Below, one piece after another: positions 1-9,654 of a stretch of DNA of 39,270 nt. The notes beneath the pieces are model-generated. The model did no database searches, was not told where the DNA came from, and saw only the letters and a program-made list of their open reading frames with translations. A program made the translations under genes and the position numbers. The DNA is taken from assembly GCA_012839485.1 (NCBI GenBank), contig DUNF01000030.1, positions 1 to 39,270 of the forward strand, in the 5' to 3' direction. The stretch comes from Acholeplasmataceae bacterium (GTDB lineage: Bacteria; Bacillota_I; Bacilli_A; ML615J-28; CAG-698). Every line of letters begins with the position of its first letter. Position 1 is the stretch's first letter.

Positions 1-1
1 C

Positions 2-640
2 TTTGAATATGCAAAGTTATCAGTTGAAGAATTAAAAGAAAAGATTATGAACTATGTTTTAAAAATTGAAAATGCTAATATTAAAAAATTAGTATTAGCA
101 GTTTTAAAAGAAGATTTAGATGCATACTTTGTTCATCCTGCAGCTAAATCAGTTCATCATAATTACATTTCTGGATTAGCTTATCATGTTTATTCAATGC
201 TTAAGCTAGCTGATACATATATTGAGTTATATCCATTTTTAAATAAAGACTTGATTTACGGTGGGATTTTATTACATGATTTTGGTAAGATTACAGAAAT
301 GGAAAAAACTACAGGAGAATATACGAAGCAAGGTAATTTATTAGGACATATTATTATTGCTTCTAATATATTATACGAAAAAGCAAAAGAGTTAAGCTTA
401 GAGAAATCAGAAGAGTATTTGATGCTAGCTCATATTATTATTGCTCATCATGGTTTCTTAGAATTCGGTTCACCAAAAGAACCAACGATACCAGAAGCAT
501 ATGTTGTGTTTTTATGTGACTATGCAGATTCAAGAATGGGTGCTTTAGAAAAAGAGTTAAAAGATGGAGTTAAAGGCGAATATAGTCAACCAGTTTTTGC
601 TTTTAATAAGAGAATATTTTATTTACCAGATTTAGATTAA
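2..640 (+). CDS. yhaM: 3'-5' exoribonuclease YhaM, HD-domain C-terminal part (5' end lies outside the window)
   Basis: The frame is open from nt 2, so the ATG at 47 is internal. Motifs HPAAKSVHHNYISGLAYHV, LLHDFGKI, NLLGHI, IIAHHG and EFGSPKEP follow B. subtilis YhaM closely. A prsA-like gene lies downstream, as in Bacillus. Confidence 0.88.
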   Translation, partial: FEYAKLSVEELKEKIMNYVLKIENANIKKLVLAVLKEDLDAYFVHPAAKSVHHNYISGLAYHVYSMLKLADTYIELYPFLNKDLIYGGILLHDFGKITEMEKTTGEYTKQGNLLGHIIIASNILYEKAKELSLEKSEEYLMLAHIIIAHHGFLEFGSPKEPTIPEAYVVFLCDYADSRMGALEKELKDGVKGEYSQPVFAFNKRIFYLPDLD

Positions 641-652
641 GTAATATAATGC

Positions 653-681
653 TTGAAATTAAAGTAAAATTGTGGTAAACT
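653..681 (+). promoter_or_regulatory. Candidate sigma-A promoter for the prsA-like gene
   Basis: -35 TTGAAA (653-658), 17-nt spacer, -16/-10 TGTGgTAAACT (671-681). The RBS GAGG lies about 12 nt before the ATG at 717. Confidence 0.5.
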
Positions 682-716
682 ATTGATATTGTGAAATACA
701 AAGAGGTGTTTTTAAT

Positions 717-3419
717 ATGAAAAGAAGAAGAGTAAAAAACAAGGCAAATAAGCAAAAGGACGCACCAAAGTTAAGTCCTAAAACTATATTATTAAGTACT
801 TTGCCTGTTTTATTAGTTGTTTTGGTAATTGTTGTTATCGCAGTTGCTTCAACAGTTGCTAAAAATAATCGTAAAGGACCAATGATTGCAGATCAAGATG
901 GTCAATACGTATTAGTAGGTGAAGGTGATAATGAATACTCTCTAACAAAAGGAGAAATGTATGCATTATTAAAAGATCAATATGGAATAAATACTTTATT
1001 CGAAATGTTAGATCGTGAATTATTAGAAAATGGTGAAAAAAATTATCTAGCTCAAGTTACAGATGCAGCAGTTCAAGAAGAACTTGAAAAAGAAATGTAT
1101 AAAGATTTAGATTTGGATAAAGCAACACCAGAAGAAAAAGCAGAAGCAGAAGAAAAATATTATAATGAAAGATATGTTCAAGGCTTAAAAACCAAAGCGG
1201 AAATTAAAGATTACTATCGTTTAGAACTTGCCAAGAAAGCTTATGCAGCTAAATACTTAGAAGATGAAATTGCTAAGAAAGATGCAGAAGCGGAAGATGA
1301 TACAGAAAAATATTTTTCTAAAACAGCAATTGAGACTAAATATAATGCATTATATAAAGAACAATATTTCGTAATTATTTTAGAATATGCTACTCGTAAA
1401 GATGCATATGGTGCTTTAGAACAACTAGGATATAAAATTAAAGATCAAGAAAAAGATGAAAATGGAGCTTTAATTCCTGATTCTTATAATAAATGGATGA
1501 AAATTCCAAATGAAGAACAAGTTGAAGAAGAATTAACTAGAGAAGAAACAATTAAAGCTTTTATTGATTTATATAATACTTTACATAGTTATAAAGTAGA
1601 AGGTTATCCAAATGAAACTCTTACATTAAAAGAAGGTGTACAATACACAATTAATGAAGATGGTCATTATATTTTCCATCAAGAAGTTATTAAAGATGAA
1701 GATGGTAATGTAAGCGATGATCCAAAGAATGCTTTATTATATACTGATGAAGAATTAAAGGCAATTGGTGCTGCAGTATTATCAGATGTTATGAATTTTA
1801 AAGCTTATGATCCAGAAACATCAGTTGTTAATAAAGATCAAAGATGGTTTAAAAACTATTTTATGTCTTTAGATGGTGGTAAGAAATTTGCGACTATTCT
1901 AAAAATTAAAACTATTGAAAAACCAGCTTTAGAAGACGTACGAGATAAAGTTATCGAAGCATTAAAAGAAGAAACACTTACTGATGCTTATGTAACAAAA
2001 GCAATGTATGGATTACGTGCTACTGCAGACTTAGTTCTTTATGATAAAGAAATTGAAACTTATTACAAATCACAAGCTGATACTTATAAAATTGAATTTG
2101 AAACAAGCAAAGCAAGAAGTAAAGATTTAATTGCGAAACTTGGAGATATTGAATATACAGTAGAAGATTTCTACCATAAATTAAATAAAGATTATGGAAT
2201 GAATATTGCAATTAATGAAATCAATTTTAAGAGAGTACTTAGCAATCCTGACATTAATAAGATTTATGATGTAGAAAAAGAAAAAGTATTAGATAAAGAA
2301 GCATGGGCAAAAATTGAAACTAAATTTACTGATGAAAAAGCTCAATATGCTAATTATTCAATGTACATGACTTGGACAGATTATATGAAATATAGATTCC
2401 AAGCAAACAATGAACAAGAAGTTAAAGTTAGATTATTATATGAGCAATTATCAGCTGAAGCTAGTAAGCCTTATACAGATTTTACTTTAATTAGCGAGAC
2501 TGATCCAATTTGGACTAAATACTATTTAAAAAATATGGAAAATGTTAAAAACAAATATTATAAAGTTGAAGGTTATCATTTATTAATCCATGTTGTTGAT
2601 GAAGAAAAATCAACAAGCTCTAACCAAGTATTATTAGATCCAAAATTCTGGACTCCAAAACAAGTTGAACTTGCAGAAGAATTATATGCTCAAGTACAAG
2701 CTTACTTAGTTGCTAAAGGTGATTACAAAACTCAATTAGATAAGATTGTAACCGCGTTTAATGATGCCCCATTATTCCAAGCACACTTACCTCAAGATGC
2801 AGCTTCTCAACCAGCATTTACAGTTAATGAATTAGAATATGATTTAGATGGCATGATTGATGTTTCTAAATTCAAGACTGCAGGCTTAAAAGTTAAGTAT
2901 GAAAGCTTAGGTTCATTTGAGTTCAAACTTCCAGGACAATCTGGTGGAATGGTTGAAGCATTCAACGAAGGTATTAAGAAAATTTGGGATGAAGATGACG
3001 ATAGTGCTGAAGATAAGATTTTCGGTGTAAATACAGTTGTTGGTGAACATTTAATTACAGAATTTGGATATCACGTATATGTAAATTCAAAAACTACACC
3101 ACTTGAAACTTATACTGAAGGAGATGCTGAACACATCTTACCTACATTCGATATGGTTAAAAAATATTTAGCAGGTGAAGCATTAGATGCAGATACAACT
3201 AAAGCTGCTGCAAAGAAAAAGATTGTTGAATTCTGGGTAAAAGGTATTAAAGAAGATGCAGTTAAAAATAATCAACATATTCTAACTTCAAAACAAAAGG
3301 GATTAACATTTGATTTTAAAGAAGCAGACTTCTCAAATGCAGATTATCAAAAATTCTTAGGAATAGTATTAAAAGATGGACAAGAAGCTTTAATTTATAA
3401 AGCACATCTTGCAGATTAA
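717..3419 (+). CDS. Membrane-anchored PrsA/SurA-like foldase (parvulin-type peptidyl-prolyl isomerase domain), unusually long at 900 aa
   Basis: Basic N-terminus followed by one TM helix (aa 24-46). A parvulin-like domain spans about aa 616-792 (GYHLLIHV ... SGGMVEAFN ... TEFGYHVYV). PrsA N-terminal-like segments occur at aa 64-105 and again at aa 471-510. The gene sits next to yhaM, as prsA does in Bacillus. Confidence 0.6.
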   Translation: MKRRRVKNKANKQKDAPKLSPKTILLSTLPVLLVVLVIVVIAVASTVAKNNRKGPMIADQDGQYVLVGEGDNEYSLTKGEMYALLKDQYGINTLFEMLDRELLENGEKNYLAQVTDAAVQEELEKEMYKDLDLDKATPEEKAEAEEKYYNERYVQGLKTKAEIKDYYRLELAKKAYAAKYLEDEIAKKDAEAEDDTEKYFSKTAIETKYNALYKEQYFVIILEYATRKDAYGALEQLGYKIKDQEKDENGALIPDSYNKWMKIPNEEQVEEELTREETIKAFIDLYNTLHSYKVEGYPNETLTLKEGVQYTINEDGHYIFHQEVIKDEDGNVSDDPKNALLYTDEELKAIGAAVLSDVMNFKAYDPETSVVNKDQRWFKNYFMSLDGGKKFATILKIKTIEKPALEDVRDKVIEALKEETLTDAYVTKAMYGLRATADLVLYDKEIETYYKSQADTYKIEFETSKARSKDLIAKLGDIEYTVEDFYHKLNKDYGMNIAINEINFKRVLSNPDINKIYDVEKEKVLDKEAWAKIETKFTDEKAQYANYSMYMTWTDYMKYRFQANNEQEVKVRLLYEQLSAEASKPYTDFTLISETDPIWTKYYLKNMENVKNKYYKVEGYHLLIHVVDEEKSTSSNQVLLDPKFWTPKQVELAEELYAQVQAYLVAKGDYKTQLDKIVTAFNDAPLFQAHLPQDAASQPAFTVNELEYDLDGMIDVSKFKTAGLKVKYESLGSFEFKLPGQSGGMVEAFNEGIKKIWDEDDDSAEDKIFGVNTVVGEHLITEFGYHVYVNSKTTPLETYTEGDAEHILPTFDMVKKYLAGEALDADTTKAAAKKKIVEFWVKGIKEDAVKNNQHILTSKQKGLTFDFKEADFSNADYQKFLGIVLKDGQEALIYKAHLAD

Positions 3420-3428
3420 TAAATATAG

Positions 3429-3458
3429 AAAAGGCATTAGATATCTATTGCCTTTTTT
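3429..3458 (+). terminator. Intrinsic terminator after the prsA-like gene
   Basis: Hairpin GGCATTAG-ATAT-CTATTGCC (one U-U mismatch) followed by TTTTTT. Confidence 0.7.
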
Positions 3459-3459
3459 C

Positions 3460-3488
3460 TTGAAAAAACATGGTAAACATTATATAAT
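3460..3488 (+). promoter_or_regulatory. Candidate sigma-A promoter for the MBL-uvrB-mnmA-recD2 operon
   Basis: -35 TTGAAA (3460-3465), 17-nt spacer, -10 TATAAT (3483-3488). Confidence 0.55.
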
Positions 3489-3509
3489 TAAAATAAGGAG
3501 AAAATGAAG

Positions 3510-4280
3510 ATGAAGTTTGTAGTGTTAGCTAGTGGATCAAAAGGAAACTGCATTTATATTGAAACACAAAATCATAAGATTTTAGTTGATGTTGGAATCG
3601 CCTATAGTAATGCTAAAACAAGAGCAGAAAAACTAGGGATTGACTTAAGTGAAGTTGATGCTATTTTTTTAACACATAGCCATATTGATCATATTTATGG
3701 TTTAGCGCAATTTTTAAAGCAAACTAAAGCAACAGTTTATGCAAGTTACGATACTCATAAATATTTAGATCATAAATATAAATACTATAATTCTTTAGGA
3801 AATATTAAAGTAATTGAAGCAGATGCTTTATATAATATTTTAGACTTTTCTGTTGTTCCTTTGCAATTAGTACATGATTTTCCTTGTTTTGGTTACTATT
3901 TTATTCACGAAGAAAAAACTTTAATGATTGCAACTGATACAGGTATTTTTCCCGAAAAATATACTTCATTATTAGAAGCAACAGATGCTTTAATAATAGA
4001 AGCAAATCATGATATTGATACTTTAATCAATAGTGATCGCCACCAAATGCTAATTGATAGAATTTTAAGTGCTCAAGGGCATATGAGCAATACAGCTACA
4101 CATTATTTACTTAAACAATTTCTTACAGAAAGGACTAAAATAATAGTTTTAGCTCATGTTTCTGAGGAATGTAATAGCGATGATGAAATTGAAAGAGATA
4201 TAATTAAACCTTTAGATTTTAAAGGAGATATCTATATTGCAAGACAAAATCAAGCATTACCTATATTAGAGGTGAAATAA
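3510..4280 (+). CDS. MBL-fold metallo-hydrolase (YycJ/WalJ-like)
   Basis: Motifs [21 protein letters not shown] and a C-terminal LAHVS. GGAG at 3497-3500 is 9 nt from the ATG at 3510 but only 3 nt from the ORF-track ATG at 3504, so 3510 is preferred. Confidence 0.8.
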   Translation: MKFVVLASGSKGNCIYIETQNHKILVDVGIAYSNAKTRAEKLGIDLSEVDAIFLTHSHIDHIYGLAQFLKQTKATVYASYDTHKYLDHKYKYYNSLGNIKVIEADALYNILDFSVVPLQLVHDFPCFGYYFIHEEKTLMIATDTGIFPEKYTSLLEATDALIIEANHDIDTLINSDRHQMLIDRILSAQGHMSNTATHYLLKQFLTERTKIIVLAHVSEECNSDDEIERDIIKPLDFKGDIYIARQNQALPILEVK

Positions 4281-6259
4281 TGGCTAAGTTTATTTTGAAA
4301 AGCAATTATGAACCTAAAGGAGACCAAATTAAGGCAATTAAAGAATTAACTAATAACTTAAAAGCCGGGATGAAAGAACAAACTCTTTTAGGAGCTACAG
4401 GTACTGGTAAAACTTATACGGTAGCTAATGTAATTAGAAATATTGGTAAGAAGACCTTGGTTTTAGCTCATAACAAAACATTAGCAGGACAATTATATAG
4501 TGAACTTAAAACATTCTTTCCTGAAAATAGAGTTGAATACTTTATTTCTTATTATGATTATTATCAACCAGAAGCTTATGTAGCAGCTAAAGATTTATAT
4601 ATTGAAAAGGATTCATCAATTAATGATGATATCGACCAAATGCGTCATTCAGCAGTTAGTTCACTTTTAACTGAAGATGATGTAATTGTAGTTGCATCTG
4701 TTTCTTGTATTTATGGTATTGGTAATCCAGAAGACTATTTAGAAAATATGCTTACTTTAAGGCAAAACGATATCTACTCTCGTTCAGATTTAATGAACAA
4801 GCTAGTTAAGATGGAATATTTAAGAAATGATTATGAGTTTAAAAGAGGTACATTTAGAGTAAGAGGAGAATCAATTGCTATTATTCCTCCTCATGAAAAA
4901 GATGAAGCAGTTAGAATTGAATATTTTGATGACGAGATTGAAAGGATTTTAATTTTAGATAGTCTAACAGGAAATAAAATTAAAGAAACTAAAGTTATTA
5001 ATATTTTTCCTGCCACACTCTTTTCTACAAGTTCATCAAAAAAAGAAGAAGGTATTAAAAGAATAAGAGAAGAATTAGAAGAAACGATAGCTAATTTTCA
5101 AAAACAAGGAAAACTCTTAGAAGCGCAAAGGATTGAACAAAGAACGAAATATGATTTAGAGATGTTAGAAGAAATTGGTTCTTGTTCAGGAATTGAAAAC
5201 TATTCTCGTCATTTAAGTTTAAGAGGAGAAGGAGAAACTCCTTATACTTTAGTTGACTTCTTTAAGAAAGACTTTCTTTTAATAGTAGATGAATCCCATG
5301 TAACTATTCCTCAAGTTAGAGCGATGTATAATGGTGATAGATCAAGAAAGTTAAGTCTTGTAGAGAATGGGTTTAGATTACCATCGGCTTTAGATAATAG
5401 ACCACTTACATTTGATGAGTTTAATCAAAAGTTAGATCAAGTTATTTATGTAAGTGCAACTCCAGCTGAATATGAGAAAGAAAGAAGCGGAGATATTGTT
5501 GAACAAATTATTAGACCAACTGGACTTTTAGATCCAATTGTTGTTGTAAAACCTAGTGAAGGTCAAATTGAAGATTTAATTAAAGAAATTAAAAATAGAA
5601 TCAAACAAAAAGAAAGAACTTTAGTCTTAACTCTTACAATTAAAATGGCAGAAGACTTAACTAATTATTTAAAAGAGTTAGATATCAAAGTTGCTTATTT
5701 ACACTCAGAAATTAAAGCTTTAGAAAGATTAGAAATAATAAGAAAATTAAGATTAGGTGTTTATGATTGTTTGGTAGGTATTAACCTTTTAAGAGAAGGT
5801 CTAGATATACCAGAAGTATCATTAATTGCCATTTTAGATGCGGATAAAGAAGGATTTTTAAGAAGCGAAACATCGTTAATTCAAACGATTGGTAGAGCTG
5901 CAAGAAATGTGAATGGTATGGTTATTTTATATGCTGATAATATAACTAGGTCTATGGAAAATGCCATTAATGAAACATATCGAAGAAGAGATATTCAAGA
6001 TAGATATAATCAGGAACATAATATTATTCCTCAAACTATCTATAAAGATATTCAAGATGAGTTTGTAATTACAAGAGAATTACAAGAAGATTTAAAAACT
6101 TACGATTTAAATAAACTGTCTAATTTAAGTACAGTTGAAAGAAGAAAAGTTATTAAATCTTTAGAAGAGAAAATGAGACAAGCTGCGAAAGATCTTGACT
6201 TTGAACAAGCAATGGTATTAAGAGATATTATTTTTGAGATTAAAGCAGAATTAGAATAG
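4280..6259 (+). CDS. uvrB: Excinuclease ABC subunit B
   Basis: Walker A GATGTGKT, the IVDESHVT box, helicase motifs (QTIGRAARN) and a C-terminal UVR motif [12 protein letters not shown]. The start overlaps the upstream stop (TAATG). Confidence 0.97.
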   Translation: MAKFILKSNYEPKGDQIKAIKELTNNLKAGMKEQTLLGATGTGKTYTVANVIRNIGKKTLVLAHNKTLAGQLYSELKTFFPENRVEYFISYYDYYQPEAYVAAKDLYIEKDSSINDDIDQMRHSAVSSLLTEDDVIVVASVSCIYGIGNPEDYLENMLTLRQNDIYSRSDLMNKLVKMEYLRNDYEFKRGTFRVRGESIAIIPPHEKDEAVRIEYFDDEIERILILDSLTGNKIKETKVINIFPATLFSTSSSKKEEGIKRIREELEETIANFQKQGKLLEAQRIEQRTKYDLEMLEEIGSCSGIENYSRHLSLRGEGETPYTLVDFFKKDFLLIVDESHVTIPQVRAMYNGDRSRKLSLVENGFRLPSALDNRPLTFDEFNQKLDQVIYVSATPAEYEKERSGDIVEQIIRPTGLLDPIVVVKPSEGQIEDLIKEIKNRIKQKERTLVLTLTIKMAEDLTNYLKELDIKVAYLHSEIKALERLEIIRKLRLGVYDCLVGINLLREGLDIPEVSLIAILDADKEGFLRSETSLIQTIGRAARNVNGMVILYADNITRSMENAINETYRRRDIQDRYNQEHNIIPQTIYKDIQDEFVITRELQEDLKTYDLNKLSNLSTVERRKVIKSLEEKMRQAAKDLDFEQAMVLRDIIFEIKAELE

Positions 6260-6267
6260 AGGTTATT

Positions 6268-7377
6268 ATGAAAAAGAAAGTAATTTTAGGATTTAGTGGT
6301 GGGGTAGACTCAGCAGTAAGTGCAATTATTTTAAAAGAACAAGGATATGATGTAGAGGGTATGTTTATGCGTAATTGGGATTCAGCACTTAATTACGATA
6401 TTTTAGGTAACCCTAATAATCCAGAAGATATTTGTCCTCAAGAACAAGACTATAATGATGCAGTAGAAGCAGCTAAAATTATTGGGATTAAACTGCATAG
6501 AGTTGATTTTGTGGAAGAGTATTGGAATAAAGTCTTTATGCATTTTATTGATGAGTATAAAAAGTATCGTACTCCTAATCCTGATATTTTATGTAATAGC
6601 GAAATTAAGTTTAAATGTTTTGTTGAAAAAGCTTTTGCTATGGATGCTGATTATATCGCTATGGGACACTATGCTAAGATTACTCATAAACCTTTAAAAC
6701 TATATCGCGGAAAAGATCGTAATAAAGATCAAAGTTATTTTTTATGTATGTTAACTAAAAAGCAATTAGAAAAAGCCTTATTTCCTTTAGGAGATTTAAC
6801 TAAAAAAGAAGTAAGGGAGATTGCAAGAAAATATAAATTAAATATTGCTGATAAAAAAGATTCTACAGGAATTTGTTTTATTGGTGAGCGTGATTTTGAT
6901 AAGTTCTTAAAAAATTACCTTCCAGCTCAAGTTGGTAATATGGAAACTTTAAGAGGAGAAGTTGTAGGTAAGCATGAAGGTTTAATGTATTACACAATTG
7001 GGCAAAGAAAAGGCTTAGGATTAGGTGGAGATAAAGGACCTTGGTTTGTTTTAGGTAAAGATATTAAGAGAAATGTCTTATTAGTAGGTTATCAAGAAGA
7101 CCAAGATTATCTATATTCAAATCGTTGCTTTGCTTCTAGTTTTAACTGGCTAAAAGAAGATTTTGAAGAAATAGAAGTGTTAGCTCAATTTAGATATCGA
7201 AGTAAGGCAGTTAAAGCAAAAGTTAGAAGAATTGATAAAGATACTGTAGAAGTAAAATATGAACCATTTAGAGCTGTAACTCCTGGTCAAGCTGTTGTTT
7301 TTTATAACAATGACGAAATGTTAGGTGGAGCTGTTATTGATGAAGTTTATCAAGATGATCAAAGGAGATTATATTGA
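6268..7377 (+). CDS. mnmA: tRNA-specific 2-thiouridylase (tRNA U34 2-thiolation)
   Basis: PP-loop GFSGGVDSAV, plus RTPNPDILCN, KDQSYFL and CFIGE, at the typical ~370 aa length. Adjacent to recD2, as trmU-yrrC are in Bacillus. Confidence 0.95.
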   Translation: MKKKVILGFSGGVDSAVSAIILKEQGYDVEGMFMRNWDSALNYDILGNPNNPEDICPQEQDYNDAVEAAKIIGIKLHRVDFVEEYWNKVFMHFIDEYKKYRTPNPDILCNSEIKFKCFVEKAFAMDADYIAMGHYAKITHKPLKLYRGKDRNKDQSYFLCMLTKKQLEKALFPLGDLTKKEVREIARKYKLNIADKKDSTGICFIGERDFDKFLKNYLPAQVGNMETLRGEVVGKHEGLMYYTIGQRKGLGLGGDKGPWFVLGKDIKRNVLLVGYQEDQDYLYSNRCFASSFNWLKEDFEEIEVLAQFRYRSKAVKAKVRRIDKDTVEVKYEPFRAVTPGQAVVFYNNDEMLGGAVIDEVYQDDQRRLY

Positions 7378-9584
7378 TGAATGTAGTTAGAGGTGCAATT
7401 TCAAGAGTTATTTATTTCAAAAACAATTTTGGAATAGTTCAAATAACACTAGATCATAATGATCTAGAAATGAAAGAAATTATTGAAGAGCAATATACAC
7501 TTACTATTACGGTTACATCTAACTTTGATCGTAAACCTTTCAAAGATGAACTATATGAGTTTACAGGAAAATTCAAAGATACAGACTATGGTTACCAGTT
7601 TCAAGCTAATCATTTTGAAAGAATCATGGCTAATACTTTAGAAGGTATTGTTAACTATTTATCAAGTGATTTATTTTCCGGAATTGGCAAACAAAAAGCT
7701 ACAAGAATATTTAATACTCTAGGTTCTGATTGTTTAAATGTTATTATTAGTGACCCTAAAAGCTTAGATAAAGTAAAAGGCTTAACTTCAAATAACAAAG
7801 AAGAAATAATTAGGGTTTTACAAGAAAATGCTTTTTCTCGAAAAACAACAGTTGCTTTTCTAAACTTAGGACTAACAATGACTGCTGCTTTAAAACTAAT
7901 CAATGCTTATGGTAATGATGCTTATGAGATAGTAAAAGCTAATCCTTACATATTAATTGATGAAGTAGAAGGGTATGGCTTTAAAAGAGCAGATCAAATT
8001 GCTTTAAGTTTGGGTTTTGAGGAAAAATCTCCTTTAAGACTAAAAGCATTAATTATGTATTTATTAAAAGAACTAACTTATAGTTTTGGTAATACTTATT
8101 TTAATGAAGAAGATTTATATGAGAGAGTAAACAATGAATTAAAAACTTGGGAATTAACTTTTAAAGAATTTAGATCTTATTTAGAAGAACTAAATAAAGA
8201 AAAAAAGATAATTATTGAAGATAAAGATATCTTCTTAAAGAAAGTCTATGATTCAGAAAAGAGTTTCGCCTTAAAAATTAAAGCATTAAATTCCGATGAA
8301 GTTAGTGATATTGATACAGAAGCTTTAATCAAACAAGCAGAAAAGAAATTTGGACTAACTTACGGCAAAGAACAAAAAGAGGCAATTAGTAATGCCTTAT
8401 TAAATAAGGTGTCAATTATTACTGGTGGTCCTGGAACTGGTAAAAGTACTATTATTAAAGGGATTATTTACTGTTTTCAAAAATATTTTAAAGCAAGTGA
8501 TTTAAGTATTGCCCAATTAGCACCTACTGGTAGGGCAGCTAAAAGAATGCAAGAAATTACTGGTAAAGATGCTATGACCATTCATAAATTTTTAGGCTAT
8601 GAAGGTGGAGATATCTTTAGGTATGGTGAAGATGCCTTAATTGACTCAGAACTTGTGATTGTAGATGAGTTTTCAATGGTAGATATTGAACTTGCTAATA
8701 GGTTAGTTTCTGCTTTAACTTCCAACACAAGATTAGTGATTGTTGGGGATGCAGACCAACTGCCTTCAATTGGACCTGGAGATGTTTTGAATGATTTGAT
8801 AAAGTCAGATTATTTCAAAGTTACAAAACTGCATGATATTTATCGCCAAGAAGAAGGATCAACAATTGTTAACCTAGCCCACAGTGTTAATGAAGGATAT
8901 CTTCCTGAATATTTTAGAGAAAATAGTTCTGATTGGAGTTTTATTCCTTTAGAAAAAGACCAAATAATTAAAGGAATTATTGAGGTTGTAGAGCGAGCTG
9001 TAAATAAAGGAATGGATTTGGTTAAAGACATTCAAGTATTAGTACCTATGTATCGTGGAGAAAACGGCATTAACAATATTAATAATGCTTTACAAGAAAA
9101 ATTTAATCCGTTAAAAGATGAAGAAATAAAAAGTCATAATCATTCTTTTAGAATTGGTGATAAAGTCTTACAATTAGTAAATCGCAGTGAAAAAGATATA
9201 ATGAATGGTGATATTGGTAAAGTTTATCGTTTTGAAAAAAGTGATGGCGAAATTACTGGTTTAGAAGTTGAGTTTGATTCGGGGATTGTAAAATACAAAT
9301 TAGAAGAATTAGATGATCTAACACTAGCTTATGCAATCACGATTCATAAAGCACAAGGAAGTGAATTTGATTTAGTCGTAATGCCGATCACATCACAGTA
9401 TTACATTATGCTAAGAAAGAAGTTAATTTATACAGGCATTACTAGAGCTAAAAAATATCTAGTTATGTTAGGGTCAGTTAATTATCTAGCAATGGGTATT
9501 ACAAAGATGGATGATCAAAGACAAACAAAATTAAAAGAAAGATTAGAGGAAGATAAAAAAATAACACCTTTTGATTTTATGTAG
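7377..9584 (+). CDS. recD2: ATP-dependent RecD-like DNA helicase (RecD2, SF1B)
   Basis: Motifs GGPGTGKST, VIVDEFSMVD, VGDADQLPSIGPG, TIHKAQGSEFD and YTGITRAK. The ORF-track start at 7374 is a TTG. The ATG at 7377 overlaps the mnmA stop (TGATG) and lies 9 nt after GGAG. Confidence 0.92.
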   Translation: MNVVRGAISRVIYFKNNFGIVQITLDHNDLEMKEIIEEQYTLTITVTSNFDRKPFKDELYEFTGKFKDTDYGYQFQANHFERIMANTLEGIVNYLSSDLFSGIGKQKATRIFNTLGSDCLNVIISDPKSLDKVKGLTSNNKEEIIRVLQENAFSRKTTVAFLNLGLTMTAALKLINAYGNDAYEIVKANPYILIDEVEGYGFKRADQIALSLGFEEKSPLRLKALIMYLLKELTYSFGNTYFNEEDLYERVNNELKTWELTFKEFRSYLEELNKEKKIIIEDKDIFLKKVYDSEKSFALKIKALNSDEVSDIDTEALIKQAEKKFGLTYGKEQKEAISNALLNKVSIITGGPGTGKSTIIKGIIYCFQKYFKASDLSIAQLAPTGRAAKRMQEITGKDAMTIHKFLGYEGGDIFRYGEDALIDSELVIVDEFSMVDIELANRLVSALTSNTRLVIVGDADQLPSIGPGDVLNDLIKSDYFKVTKLHDIYRQEEGSTIVNLAHSVNEGYLPEYFRENSSDWSFIPLEKDQIIKGIIEVVERAVNKGMDLVKDIQVLVPMYRGENGINNINNALQEKFNPLKDEEIKSHNHSFRIGDKVLQLVNRSEKDIMNGDIGKVYRFEKSDGEITGLEVEFDSGIVKYKLEELDDLTLAYAITIHKAQGSEFDLVVMPITSQYYIMLRKKLIYTGITRAKKYLVMLGSVNYLAMGITKMDDQRQTKLKERLEEDKKITPFDFM

Positions 9585-9595
9585 GGTGTAGATAT

Positions 9596-9637
9596 AAAAA
9601 AAGAGTGAAAATTTAATTTTCACTCTTTTTATTTTTT
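9596..9637. terminator. Bidirectional intrinsic terminator between convergent recD2 and the amidase gene
   Basis: A 10-bp hairpin GAGTGAAAAT/ATTTTCACTC is flanked by an A-run (9596-9602) and T-runs (9626-9637). Confidence 0.8.
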
Positions 9638-9654
9638 ATAATATAGATTTTTTA

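Noticed and set aside
1081-1330. Lys/Glu/Asp/Ala-rich stretches in the prsA-like gene (for example EKAEAEEKYY, KKDAEAEDD), considered as tandem DNA repeats or a contingency locus.
   Set aside because: The nucleotide sequence is compositionally biased but not a perfect or near-perfect tandem repeat. It reads as a charged helical linker rather than a slippage-prone repeat.
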